IMG/VR virus record: IMGVR_UViG_3300028591_000081
Span: 96,001 to 160,000 of that record
Direction: 5' to 3' (one strand)
Length of the DNA: 64,000 bases
Source: a virus
Lineage: Duplodnaviria; Caudoviricetes
In this document: piece after piece, positions 54,028 to 64,000 of the stretch
Layout of the letters: the number at the start of each line of letters is the position of its first letter
Numbering within the stretch: position 1 is the first letter of the stretch
Notes under the pieces: generated by a model
What the model saw: only the letters and a program-made list of their open reading frames with translations
What the model was told of the DNA's origin: nothing
The model's database searches: none
Program-made: the position numbers and the translations under genes

Positions 54028-55365
54028 ATGACTATTATAAGACGACTGAAGAATCTTACTGTGGAAGACAAAACTTCCCCTACGTATGATGGTGTGGGTG
54101 ATACCGAGTACTCTGTATGGAGAACTGAGGAATACCTCAATAAAAAGTTCGATGAGTACAACAGAAGATTCTTTGGCGGGAAGCTCACAAAAATCCCTGT
54201 GAAGTTTCAGGGGCGTTCCACCAAACGTTACGGGTGGTACTCGGCACAACTGGCGAACTCAAAACAAATTCGTGATTCCGTCATGCAGGAAGCTGAGGAG
54301 AAAGGGTTGCGCAGTTGGGAAATCCGGAATCTGCTCGATACAAGACTGCACAACGAACTGCGTGTGAAGAGTGAGGGAATCTTTCTGACGAACGCAAACT
54401 GGAAAGACCGATACACGATGGAGGGGGTTCTCGTTCACGAAATGTGTCACGAGTATCAGTATGAGGTTCTGTGCGAATTCAAGCAGTCCAAAGTCACGCT
54501 GGATGCGAAGTTGGGAAGTGGTTCGTTCGGTCACGGGCCGAAGTTCTTCGAGGCCGCCGAAATGGTCAATTCTTCTCCGGAAAATGTCGAAGGTTTTCAT
54601 ATCACCCAGTATGGTGCTCCTGACGATGCCACACGTCTTGCCTACAAAAAAGCGGATGGGTATCTGTATGTTTCGATTGAAGACGGCAAGGTAGTCAATA
54701 TCAGGTTCACAACCGATGCAAAACGAAAGCCCCTGCGCTCCATGTTTCAGTATGAGTACGAGTTTCAGTTCGCTGATGGACAGGCAAAAGCTGATCTGAA
54801 ACCAACCAAGGATTTGAAGATAGATATACGAAGTCCACGATGTCAGACTTTGGCAAAAGCCATTCTTGACGGAAAACTTCAACTCGTTCGTTACAAAAAG
54901 GAATTCGAAGAACAAACCCAGATGGATTTCCAAGAAAATATGCAGAAAAATCCTGACTCCATCTTAGGTATCAATGGAACCATGGGAGTACGTTGTTCTG
55001 AAAAAGTTGGTAAAGCCCTGCTGAATTCAACACCTACCTATGAAGCCTTGGAACTTCTCCGTACCGTTATAGACAAGCTGTACACCAAGAAATACCGATC
55101 CGTTGATGACATGGAAACCTACTTGAGCCAGTGTCGCCTTCGTGTGGATAAATGCCTGCTTGCTCAAGTATTGCAGTTCTTAGACGACGGGTTCCTTGGG
55201 TTATATACCGAAAATATGGGGCCTGAAAGCGGTGTAACCATCAAGTCCATCGTGGATGGTTACAAGAAGGTAGGTCTGGACGAGCTGGAAGATGTGTTAT
55301 ACGATTCTGACAAGGATGAGTTTTTCAACTGGCTCGACAACGAGACGGAAGGACGTGTGTTTTAA
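54028..55365 (+). CDS. SprT-like zinc metalloprotease domain protein
   Basis: FDEYNRRFFGG.L, VLVHEMCH, GHGPKF. Confidence 0.85.
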   Translation: MTIIRRLKNLTVEDKTSPTYDGVGDTEYSVWRTEEYLNKKFDEYNRRFFGGKLTKIPVKFQGRSTKRYGWYSAQLANSKQIRDSVMQEAEEKGLRSWEIRNLLDTRLHNELRVKSEGIFLTNANWKDRYTMEGVLVHEMCHEYQYEVLCEFKQSKVTLDAKLGSGSFGHGPKFFEAAEMVNSSPENVEGFHITQYGAPDDATRLAYKKADGYLYVSIEDGKVVNIRFTTDAKRKPLRSMFQYEYEFQFADGQAKADLKPTKDLKIDIRSPRCQTLAKAILDGKLQLVRYKKEFEEQTQMDFQENMQKNPDSILGINGTMGVRCSEKVGKALLNSTPTYEALELLRTVIDKLYTKKYRSVDDMETYLSQCRLRVDKCLLAQVLQFLDDGFLGLYTENMGPESGVTIKSIVDGYKKVGLDELEDVLYDSDKDEFFNWLDNETEGRVF

Positions 55366-55382
55366 TTTTTAAGGAGACGGAC

Positions 55383-57077
55383 ATGGCATCACGGTTACAA
55401 GGAAGAGATTACACAACAATCCGTCGTGAACTGATTGACATGGTTCGGGAACGCGCCCCTAGGGACTGGAACCCTGCCAACATTGCAGACCCAATGATCG
55501 CAGTCATCGAATCCATAGCCATCGCCGCAGACGAACTGCATTATTACATAGACTCGTGGAGACGTGAGTGTGACATGTCCACGGCCATGCTTCAATCAAG
55601 CATTTACTCGTATGCTCTTCGTGAAGGATATTCAATGGTACTACCAAAGGGGGCACGTATCCGTGTCTACATTCAACCGAAACCCGTCCTGACCGAAGAC
55701 GGTGAAGTGGATGAAACCAAGGTTCCTGCTCCTGTGCCTGTAAGTGTTCCAAGATTCTCAAGGTTCTCTGTTGAAGGGGTTTCCTCTGGCCTGTTCGCAG
55801 TTCAGGAGTTCACGAAGGTGGTTTCCTATCATGGCAATCATGTTGTTTCAGACCAATGTGTTGACCTTGTCGCAGGAGACTTCAAAACCGTGAGCTTCAA
55901 TTACTCAGACATTGATGCATACTCGCGTATAGAGCTTCCAGAGCCTTACATCGACGGAGACCTGTTTGAGCTTTCTGTAACTACCCCGGAAAGCGGAACC
56001 TCTGTGTGGACTCCAGTGAAGGATGTCGTTACGGAAGGTATGCGTGGGAACATTTACAGCCTTGTTCCGTCCTTTGTTTCAGGGGCGACGCGCCTGTACA
56101 TCGAGTTCCCAATCAATTACCGAAACATCCTGTCCTCTACACGTGTATCCTTTGTGTTCAAGTACATTGCTGTCAGCGAGATAAACAAGGCTCTTCCTCT
56201 TGAGATCACATCATCTGCCGTCAACTCTGAACTGTTAGACATTCAGGCATCAGACGAACTCAAGGGATATACTGGATATGAAAGTGCAGACTCTGTTCGC
56301 CGAAATTACCCGGTGTTTACCAGAGACTTCACAGCCCTCCTGACAAAACAGGATTACCGTCTTTACCTGTCATACCGTTACGGTGGAAGAATCCTCGTTT
56401 ACGACAAACAGGATGAGTATGACTCGGTGGATTACGGTACTGGGATGTTCGGCCTGTGGGAACGTAGTATCTATGTCGTGTGTGAACTGCCCTACGAAGC
56501 CCGGGAACTGGCCAGACAAGATTTGGTGAAACGTTCGTCCCGCTCTGACATGATATGGATGGTTCCTTTTGGGTATTATCGGTACGGTGTCCTTGTCGTG
56601 GTCATGGCAGACCTCTCATCGGTATCTGAGGATGAGATTGAACTTCTTGTCGAACAGGCAATTCTGAACAAATATAACGGAACGGACGAAATTCGCGGCC
56701 CTTCAGATTCCGTGACTATGCACACGGTTCATAGTGCAAGCCAGTACGTGGACACAGTTCGGGTGTTTACCTTCAGATACACCAGCTCACAATTCCAGTC
56801 TATCGTTGAGATGGAAAAGCCATCCATGAAGCATAACGGACTAAACGATTTCATTGCCACGCTGTCACCTGACTACAACTACACCATGGGAAACCACATG
56901 CCGAAACAGGTGTCGAATTTCGGGTCTTATCAGGAGGCGATACTGACGTGGAATGCCGGATACGATTCTCCAGACATTGATGAGTATGACGACCAAGAGC
57001 ACTGGGCAGAATACGAAGAAACACACTTCCTGATTCCTTTCTGTCAAAAAGTTGTTGTGTGGTCTTACTCAGTCTAG
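55383..57077 (+). CDS. Baseplate wedge gp6/GpJ-like protein
   Basis: RDY..IR.ELI...W...DP...IE...YY.D...E...TA; ESADSVRRNYP...LLTKQDY. Confidence 0.8.
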   Translation: MASRLQGRDYTTIRRELIDMVRERAPRDWNPANIADPMIAVIESIAIAADELHYYIDSWRRECDMSTAMLQSSIYSYALREGYSMVLPKGARIRVYIQPKPVLTEDGEVDETKVPAPVPVSVPRFSRFSVEGVSSGLFAVQEFTKVVSYHGNHVVSDQCVDLVAGDFKTVSFNYSDIDAYSRIELPEPYIDGDLFELSVTTPESGTSVWTPVKDVVTEGMRGNIYSLVPSFVSGATRLYIEFPINYRNILSSTRVSFVFKYIAVSEINKALPLEITSSAVNSELLDIQASDELKGYTGYESADSVRRNYPVFTRDFTALLTKQDYRLYLSYRYGGRILVYDKQDEYDSVDYGTGMFGLWERSIYVVCELPYEARELARQDLVKRSSRSDMIWMVPFGYYRYGVLVVVMADLSSVSEDEIELLVEQAILNKYNGTDEIRGPSDSVTMHTVHSASQYVDTVRVFTFRYTSSQFQSIVEMEKPSMKHNGLNDFIATLSPDYNYTMGNHMPKQVSNFGSYQEAILTWNAGYDSPDIDEYDDQEHWAEYEETHFLIPFCQKVVVWSYSV

Positions 57078-57104
57078 GACTTCATCAGGTAGGGAGAGAT
57101 TTCC

Positions 57105-58463
57105 ATGAGAGCCATGACTCCATATCTGGCAGAACACCTGCCAATCATCGAATACCTGATTGAGGAATTCCGACTGTCCATAAAAGATCATGCGATGGAG
57201 CTTGGGGACTACCTCAATCTGTACACACTGGATAAAGAGCTTATACGGGCCAAGCTGTCTATGCTCGGTCTTGAGGTAGGTATCCTTGAGGAGTCTTGGC
57301 AACCCACGGCCCTGTTCTACAAAATTTATCGCCGCCTCATACGGAATCGTTCTACCACAGGGTCAGTCCAGACACTTGCACGAACCGGGGGTCAGCTTGA
57401 AGCCTTGTACCGAACCGTAGATGATGTGGATTACTACACCTCACTCAAAGTCTATCGAGACTATCAGGCTCCACATTTGTTCGGAAAAGATGGGTACTTC
57501 TACATGGTGTACAACCCGAAATACCCACTGTCAGGCAATGCTCTTGTGACGAAGATGCTTCCTGCCGGATACTGCTTTGCTTGTGTCACGGAATTTTATG
57601 GTTTCGACTCGCAAGAAATCTTCGAGGGAGATTCCCTTATCGACGACGGTCGTGTGTACATTTCGGACTTCCCAGATGAGACGGAAAACAAGTGTGACTT
57701 GATTGACGACGGTCACGTATTTGAACGTTACGCGCTGGACAACATAAAAGGAATCATGCCCCAGCATGACATGGGCTGGTCGTTCGGAGGGTTGGCAATC
57801 CGAGACAAAACGTTCGGAGACTTGTTCCGTGAAAGAGATGTCAGAACCCAGCCCATGAACCGGTCTTGGACAGAACTTCTGAATCATGCTGGCGAAACTC
57901 GATACAATGAAGCTCATCATCGAGATCATGCTTTCCTGATGAACAAACGTGATGACGGCCTCATTATCACGGATTCCATGCAGTACCACAAAGACTTGAT
58001 TATTGCAGAGCGTCAGGAATTTGACATCCTTCATTACGGGGTATCCATTTTTGAGGATACGGAAACATTCGCCTTTGAGGTCACGCCTATACCGAATGCG
58101 ACCGTAACTACTAATGAAGGGACATACACGGACTTAGGTTCCTTTGGTTCTGAAAGCATCGAAACCCTATGGCCTCTATCAATGAGAGTGCTGGCCGGGT
58201 ATTCTTCTGATACGGAACTTGAAAATGTTGCCGACATTATGCCTTCTCCCTTGCATGTAAACTTGGGTGAGATTGATGAACTGCCAGTCACTTCAAACAA
58301 TCCGGTCAATGTTACTGTACAAGACAACGACACGTACAGCAGGGAGTACGAAACGTCCATTACTGTGAACATAGAGCCTTCAAGAACAAATGTTGTGAAC
58401 GTCTCCATGAGGAATAACGACGCATACAGCAAGGAATATGAAGAGACCCTTACCATCCCCTAA
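57105..58463 (+). CDS. Probable baseplate wedge (gp7/GpI-like) protein
   Basis: Position after the gp6-like gene; MTPYL..., RNRSTTGSV..., LPAG. Confidence 0.55.
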   Translation: MRAMTPYLAEHLPIIEYLIEEFRLSIKDHAMELGDYLNLYTLDKELIRAKLSMLGLEVGILEESWQPTALFYKIYRRLIRNRSTTGSVQTLARTGGQLEALYRTVDDVDYYTSLKVYRDYQAPHLFGKDGYFYMVYNPKYPLSGNALVTKMLPAGYCFACVTEFYGFDSQEIFEGDSLIDDGRVYISDFPDETENKCDLIDDGHVFERYALDNIKGIMPQHDMGWSFGGLAIRDKTFGDLFRERDVRTQPMNRSWTELLNHAGETRYNEAHHRDHAFLMNKRDDGLIITDSMQYHKDLIIAERQEFDILHYGVSIFEDTETFAFEVTPIPNATVTTNEGTYTDLGSFGSESIETLWPLSMRVLAGYSSDTELENVADIMPSPLHVNLGEIDELPVTSNNPVNVTVQDNDTYSREYETSITVNIEPSRTNVVNVSMRNNDAYSKEYEETLTIP

Positions 58464-58482
58464 TCCTAAAGAGTGAGAGATT

Positions 58483-60039
58483 ATGCCTGAATATATCACA
58501 GCCTCGATAAGCCTTACCAGTGTCGGTAAGAATGTTCTCGCCTCAGCATGGGGTTTCGATTCCGTGTCTGGCAGATTCGTCTTTCGCGGGATTACCTTCA
58601 CAGGCGGGGGTGCCAGCCACAGCCCTATCACCCTGTCACAGGAAAATCCAAACATAGACGTTTCTCTAATGACTGAGGGTACTGGCCGGGTTACGAACAT
58701 TTCAACCGTAGGGAATCGTATTCGTATCATTGTTCGCTACGAACCTTGTCCAGAACCGATCAGGACTTTCACACTTCACTGTATGCACAATGGCGGTAAT
58801 GTTGTCTTTGCCGTCTGTAACACCATTGACGCAATCAGCGTCCAAAACTACACAACCGTCTGTTTTGCCTTTGAGGTAGACAATTCAGAAAATGGAGCTT
58901 TGGATTTTGGTCACGGGGCCATTTATGGGGTTACTGCGGAAGACCTGTCTGCTCTTGCAACGGACTTGGGCCAGAGTATTGCCTTGGTGCAGAGCAACGT
59001 TGACAACCTTGCATCCAGCCTTGCACAGCTTCAGGAAGGAGCCTCTCTTAACACCGTGACTTGTACCACGCTTCAGGCCAACAGCGGCACTTTTGAAGAA
59101 GTATCTACTAGGAAATTACTGGCCGACTACATAGAGCCGAAAACGCATGATGTCTACACGAACATCGGAAGCATTGACCATCCTTACGGATTCATTGGGT
59201 CGGATGTGTATTTGGGTAGACAGGCCAATTTGAAAAACTTTTCAAGGAACCCGTCGGTTGCCGTGAAGTACCCCATCGGTGATGATGGGAGATGGGTAGA
59301 CGAGAACAAGGCCCCGGACGCAGTGTTTTATAAGGTATCCAGTGCGATCTCTAGTGATGTCGTAGAGCGTTCCGAGATAAAGCTGGAAGGCAGTACCAAC
59401 ACTCAGGGAACCGAGGCCGCAAAGCTCACCTTGTCCGCACACAATGCCCAGAATACAATGAATGTCGTCATTACTCCGGAGAAAGTTCGTCTGGAAGGGA
59501 ATACAGAAGTCACCAACTACCTTGTGACGGACACAATGAAAGTGACTTCTTCCGGGGTAATAGGTTCCGTTCGTATTTCTGAGAACACAATAGGTATGGC
59601 GTCTGTAACGAGATTGGGAGGAGACTCTTATTCTACCAACCCCTTAGGGGAAATCTACGTCATTGGTAGAATGCTTCCCAAACACAGCACGTTCAGCCTA
59701 CTTGGTGACGACGAACACAGGTGGAAGTCCTTTCTCTCCACAGCCAACGTCGAAGGTCTTCAGTTCAAAACTCCTCCTGCAATCACTGAAGTCGGTGGAC
59801 GCTATATACGCTATATCACCTTCCCCGTAGGGTGCCCTGCGTTTTTGTACTGCAATACCAACGACGTTGCAGTCCCTAACGAAATTGATGGGGGAACCCT
59901 TGAGCTAATTATATGGAGGGATAGGGGTAGTGCCACCGCCATCCCAACGACAAGTATCACCTACAAAACCAAAAACAAATTCATTGTGCTTTCAAGTGCC
60001 GTTGCCGGAAGACCCTTCCTAGCCATCTGTATTGGGTAG
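58483..60039 (+). CDS. Tail fibre-like protein
   Basis: LTSVGKNVLA attachment-type N-terminus, short coiled coil, LGDDEHRWK fibre motif. Confidence 0.65.
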   Translation: MPEYITASISLTSVGKNVLASAWGFDSVSGRFVFRGITFTGGGASHSPITLSQENPNIDVSLMTEGTGRVTNISTVGNRIRIIVRYEPCPEPIRTFTLHCMHNGGNVVFAVCNTIDAISVQNYTTVCFAFEVDNSENGALDFGHGAIYGVTAEDLSALATDLGQSIALVQSNVDNLASSLAQLQEGASLNTVTCTTLQANSGTFEEVSTRKLLADYIEPKTHDVYTNIGSIDHPYGFIGSDVYLGRQANLKNFSRNPSVAVKYPIGDDGRWVDENKAPDAVFYKVSSAISSDVVERSEIKLEGSTNTQGTEAAKLTLSAHNAQNTMNVVITPEKVRLEGNTEVTNYLVTDTMKVTSSGVIGSVRISENTIGMASVTRLGGDSYSTNPLGEIYVIGRMLPKHSTFSLLGDDEHRWKSFLSTANVEGLQFKTPPAITEVGGRYIRYITFPVGCPAFLYCNTNDVAVPNEIDGGTLELIIWRDRGSATAIPTTSITYKTKNKFIVLSSAVAGRPFLAICIG

Positions 60040-60043
60040 TATC

Positions 60044-60925
60044 ATGGACAAGCCTTACCTTTCAGAAGTGTATTGCGTCACAAAGACACGCCGTTTGCAA
60101 GACTTCAAAGACTGGATGACATGGTACACCAAGGTCGTCCCGTTCGATCACATTGTCATTTACGACAACGAGAGCTTTGTGGACATAAAGTCTGTGTGCG
60201 ATCAGTATGGAGATCTGGTGGAGTACTATCGCGTGGACGGATTCCCTGAGAGGTACAAAATCAATACCCACCATTCCAATCAGCGATCAAGAGCCAAATG
60301 GACAATACCTCTGGATGACGACGAGTTCCTTTACATCGGAGAACAGTTTGACCATTCGGTAAACAAGTTCCTGACGTATATGGAAGAGACCTACCCTACC
60401 TGCAAAAAGATCGCGGTCATGTGGATAAACATGATTGCCGAACATCCTGTGGAAAGCCGCGATGACAGCACTCCTGCACTGGTGGAGACAAACCTGTTTC
60501 ATAACCGTAGAGCGTTCAATCGGGCCACACCGTACAGAGCAAGAAGGATGGAAGGATGGATCAAATGCTTCGTGGACACGTCATGCGGGAACTGGGTGTA
60601 CAACATATACAACGGGCATACGTACAATCAGGGGCATAACCCTACTTTCTTCGAGGGTACTGATGTGATGGCATACTTCGTCAATGGGGAGAAAAGCCTC
60701 CAAAGCTGTATCCCGACGCGCCTTCCTGATGATCAGGCATTTGTGGGTCATTACAGTTTAAGGTCTCGGCAAGAATGGTTATACAAGTGCTCCATCCCAT
60801 GCTCAGGCGTCATTACCCAGAATCTTAAATCCCTGTCGAATCTGTACGATGACGTGTACAAGTCAGATAAGTTGTTTGAAAAACTTACCGTACTCAAAGA
60901 TTTGTGGACAGAAAAAACCAAGTAG
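60044..60925 (+). CDS. GT-A fold glycosyltransferase (GT2/GT92-like)
   Basis: W..WY...FDHIVIYDNES, W...LDDDEFL, KCFV, HYSLRS..EW. Confidence 0.85.
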   Translation: MDKPYLSEVYCVTKTRRLQDFKDWMTWYTKVVPFDHIVIYDNESFVDIKSVCDQYGDLVEYYRVDGFPERYKINTHHSNQRSRAKWTIPLDDDEFLYIGEQFDHSVNKFLTYMEETYPTCKKIAVMWINMIAEHPVESRDDSTPALVETNLFHNRRAFNRATPYRARRMEGWIKCFVDTSCGNWVYNIYNGHTYNQGHNPTFFEGTDVMAYFVNGEKSLQSCIPTRLPDDQAFVGHYSLRSRQEWLYKCSIPCSGVITQNLKSLSNLYDDVYKSDKLFEKLTVLKDLWTEKTK

Positions 60926-61009
60926 ACTACACTGGAACGTGTTGACCGCAGACGCATCTATGCGCACACAGGGTGCCGACAGAAATGCGAATGCAAGCCC
61001 ATAAGGAGA

Positions 61010-62209
61010 ATGAATATGGGTACTGAAAACAAAGAAGCTCCCTCTGTATTTGTACGTCCAAAGAACTCGACAGGTGAAGACGTGAAAAAGAGGACAAGAA
61101 GCAAGCAGGAAGCCTTCACCATTGGCCGTATCAGAGGTGTCGTTCTTGGCGAAAAAACCTACTTCATGTGTGGAGATGTGCCGTTCGCCCCTCTTCCGAT
61201 TTACAATGAGTACAGTCAGGACATCAAGCTGTCTGACAGAGTCTGTGAAGAGTTTGGAATCGACACAAGTCAGAAAACGGTGCATGTGTATGAGAAGGAA
61301 CGCCTGAAGACTTTGCTGTCAGGCATCTACCCTCGGATCTACAAGAACGAGAAAAACGGAAACTTTCAACCCACGCCGGAGGGTGTCCGTATGCTCTTGG
61401 ACTTTTATCGTCTGTACATAGAGCTGTTTGGATATCTTCCATTACATCCACCCATCAACCGGGCTACTGAATGGCTTTTCAGAATCATTCTGATGTGCAT
61501 CTACGCTCACCAAAATGACGCGGAGAACACAAGAAAAATCGCTGAGTTCATTCGGAAGATGGGAAATGACAAGGGGTTCTTTACGGTTCAAGACGAGATG
61601 ACTCTGAATCAGAATCTAAGAAGCAGTGACCAGCCGTTATGGGCCTCTGTAATACAGATGGTTTGTCGTTCCTACGATTTGATTTGCAGAAATCGTACAG
61701 AGATTTTCAAAGTTTTCGCAGACTTCGAAAACACCTACAACTCCACCATTGAAAAGTCATATCAGTTCTGTGAAATCGGAGCGGGATGCGGAAGGGCCGT
61801 GGTAGGCTATCTCGATATTCAGGGCGATTACAACTACTCCGTCTACGTATGCATCTCAAACGGAAAGAACGATGCCCCCCCTCATGTTCATGTTACACGA
61901 TGTTCCAAACATAAGGATGATGGAGAATACGACTGGGACCTTCGATTCTCTTTGGTAGATGGAGGTGTGTTCCCGGTTGAGGAATGGAGATGTGAACCCG
62001 GAGAAATCGAAAAGGTGTGCTTGGCCCTGCACAATCTGATGCACAAGATCCAGCCCTATGGATACCCGTCGAAGTCTGAATACCTTACTGGATACGAACG
62101 TAGTCTGCAAGTTGGATGGAATAAAGAGGTCGAGAGAAAACTGACTTCCAACCCTATACCAAAGTTTTTCCCAAAACATGTCACCAAGACTGTGCAAGCA
62201 AACCAATAA
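61010..62209 (+). CDS. Hypothetical protein with C-terminal DUF4160-like motif
   Basis: NDAPPHVHV motif; AAGGAG RBS. Confidence 0.65.
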   Translation: MNMGTENKEAPSVFVRPKNSTGEDVKKRTRSKQEAFTIGRIRGVVLGEKTYFMCGDVPFAPLPIYNEYSQDIKLSDRVCEEFGIDTSQKTVHVYEKERLKTLLSGIYPRIYKNEKNGNFQPTPEGVRMLLDFYRLYIELFGYLPLHPPINRATEWLFRIILMCIYAHQNDAENTRKIAEFIRKMGNDKGFFTVQDEMTLNQNLRSSDQPLWASVIQMVCRSYDLICRNRTEIFKVFADFENTYNSTIEKSYQFCEIGAGCGRAVVGYLDIQGDYNYSVYVCISNGKNDAPPHVHVTRCSKHKDDGEYDWDLRFSLVDGGVFPVEEWRCEPGEIEKVCLALHNLMHKIQPYGYPSKSEYLTGYERSLQVGWNKEVERKLTSNPIPKFFPKHVTKTVQANQ

Positions 62210-62241
62210 CGCCAATTTCGGCGATTTACTTGGAGGCTGTT

Positions 62242-62434
62242 ATGCTTAGACGCGTGAGACACGAGAGAAGTGAGAAAACTTTGAGAAACGAATCCATGCT
62301 TCCTGCGTACAAAAAGGACGGGTGACGTGTTTTCCATGCTAGAGAGATTGTATGGGACTGACACGGAGGATGAACTGGATTGGGACAAAATCTTTAGACT
62401 GGTAAACGATCTTGACGAGGCCATTAAATTTTAA
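62242..62434 (+). pseudogene. Small gene interrupted by an apparent 1-nt insertion
   Basis: GGAGG RBS, MLRRVRHE...YKKDG stops at 62323; the +1 frame continues DVFSMLERLYG...AIKF. Confidence 0.45.
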
Positions 62435-62448
62435 TGGTAAACACCTAC

Positions 62449-62495
62449 AAAAGGTTGCATGAATGCTGGAGTTCATGCAACCTTTATGTTTTTTG
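62449..62495. terminator. Terminator between convergent genes
   Basis: aaaggttgcatgaa ... ttcatgcaaccttt. Confidence 0.8.
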
Positions 62496-62516
62496 GGCTT
62501 TGCGAACACCATGATT

Positions 62517-63995
62517 TTATAAGGTGTTCGCCGGGACATCTACCACGTAAAGTTTGTCCGTGGAATTCCCGATGGCCAGTAGGAGTACAATGTCCCCTAC
62601 CTTCAGGAACGTGTCGGAATCCAGATCATACCTCCAAGGCATCTGGCTATGAGGCTTCTCCGTAAGCGACACGTCATACTCTCCCATGGACGTTGACAAA
62701 GACATGGAAGGCCCTATTGCAGAAGACAGAGCCGAAACTAAGGAAGCATCGAGTCCGCCAGCCAAAGAGTCAAAGGTGTCGTTGATCTTGTTGGCCGCAT
62801 CTCCAAGAGAAGAGAGAGTTCCCATCACATCAGAAACAGCGGACAGGCCGCCAAGCATGTCTTTCACTCGGTTCAGCAATTTCTCCAAATCCACCACCTT
62901 GCTTGCGGCATCTCCCATCTTGGACATGACGTTCTTCAGGGTATCGCTGAACGCTTCTGCATACTCCGAAACATCAGACACCGTGTCTTCCATGTAGGAA
63001 ACAAGTCTGTCCATGGTCTTCTGAACCGTATCGCTACGCAACGGTTCTTCGAGATTGACCGTAACCCAGTCTACTGCGTCAAAGGCTTTGTGCATAGCAT
63101 CCTTGCACTTGTCCATGGTAGATTTCACGACCTTCTCGGACTCGCTGACGATCTCCTGCAAAGAATGATACTTCTCTGTCTTTCCTTCCCACACAATGTC
63201 TACCTTCTCCCGAACAGACATTCGTACTGGGTAGCGGTCTGCACGAACCGACCCGTTGATAAGCGCGTCTGCACCTTTCTGGTACGATGTGTAGGATACC
63301 AGCTCTTTACAGGCACTCCGATGAATGGTTGTCTTCTTGCTGTATGAGGTGTCGATTTTTTGGACGTTTCCGGCCAGCTTGTAACCCCCGTCTTCCTTCA
63401 TCAGCATGACATCACAAAAATGAGAGGCTCCTTCCCACTCCGCACGCTGAACAAAACAGAAGTCCGACATGTCTACCTCGGCGTCGTTATCCGAGTCCTT
63501 CCACACGACCGAACCGGCATAAGGGATGATGGAATTGAGTTCGACAAACACAGGCTCAGATACTTCACGCAACACTGCGGTACCGTCTTCATTCAGAATC
63601 ACATCCCCATCATCATCGGTCTCAGCTTCCAAGTAGGTGTTCCAATAAAACACCCCGTCAGCGTTTCCGTTCTTGTCTTTGGAGGTCGGTAACACCGCGT
63701 CGTAATAAATCGTGTTGCCTGTTGCCGGAATAGGAACAGCACACAGATACCTCAAATCCTTTGCCATGAAGTATCCGTTGCATTTTGAAAAGTCGATACC
63801 CTCTGACGGAAGGATATTAAAGCTCTCAAGTTCATCCCTTGTAAACACCTTCACGGTTCCATCGGCTCGTTTCATCGAGAATTTCAATCCGTTTGTCGAA
63901 GCGTACTTCCATGTCTGCCCGTCAGCCGGGGTATCTTCAAGCTCGATTTCCACGACGCGAAGGTGGTCTTCTCCAGTAACGTTATAACGGTACAT
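62517..63995 (-). CDS. Probable baseplate spike/hub protein, likely 5'-truncated by the window edge
   Basis: C-terminal LKVGDIVLLLAIGN...YVV resembles the gp5/GpV OB fold. Confidence 0.5.
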   Translation of the reverse strand: MYRYNVTGEDHLRVVEIELEDTPADGQTWKYASTNGLKFSMKRADGTVKVFTRDELESFNILPSEGIDFSKCNGYFMAKDLRYLCAVPIPATGNTIYYDAVLPTSKDKNGNADGVFYWNTYLEAETDDDGDVILNEDGTAVLREVSEPVFVELNSIIPYAGSVVWKDSDNDAEVDMSDFCFVQRAEWEGASHFCDVMLMKEDGGYKLAGNVQKIDTSYSKKTTIHRSACKELVSYTSYQKGADALINGSVRADRYPVRMSVREKVDIVWEGKTEKYHSLQEIVSESEKVVKSTMDKCKDAMHKAFDAVDWVTVNLEEPLRSDTVQKTMDRLVSYMEDTVSDVSEYAEAFSDTLKNVMSKMGDAASKVVDLEKLLNRVKDMLGGLSAVSDVMGTLSSLGDAANKINDTFDSLAGGLDASLVSALSSAIGPSMSLSTSMGEYDVSLTEKPHSQMPWRYDLDSDTFLKVGDIVLLLAIGNSTDKLYVVDVPANTL

Positions 63996-64000
63996 GCCCC

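Noticed and set aside
62246-62290. GAGA-rich short repeats resembling iterons
   Set aside because: They fall inside a small RBS-led ORF (MLRRVRHERSEKTLRNES) and are explained by codon content.
1-64000. Alternative genetic code (stop-codon reassignment), as seen in some large phages
   Set aside because: Long intact ORFs end in TAA, TAG and TGA, coding density is high under the standard code, and no suppressor tRNA was seen.

Overview
This 64 kb window is a segment of a large contractile-tailed (jumbo-type) phage genome using the standard genetic code. It carries replication and nucleotide genes (DnaB-like helicase, clamp-loader-like subunit, CHC2 zinc finger, 5'-3' exonuclease, Tmk, dUTPase, Dam-type methylase) and a frameshifted RNA ligase. 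It also encodes translation factor IF-1, a tRNA cluster with aberrant tRNA-like RNAs, and two baseplate/tail-fibre blocks. The standout is a 555-aa TnpB/Cas12-like nuclease (32608-34275) with an intact RuvC triad and no transposase in the window. Its gene is preceded by its own promoter, a ~190-nt structured RNA and a mini CRISPR array of type I-E-like repeats. The RNA ends in an anti-repeat that pairs with the first repeat, and its 5' hairpin loop can pseudoknot with the repeat 3' end, which together suggest a natural single-guide RNA. A second copy of the same scaffold, with 4 repeats and 3 spacers, sits 4.5 kb upstream with no nuclease attached. Two of its spacers look like alleles of one protein-coding target. 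Separately, 11 copies of a non-canonical promoter (TGGTGCTGA-N22/23-TGn-TAnnnn) precede mostly non-structural gene clusters. All calls come from reading motifs by eye; no database searches or folding programs were run.
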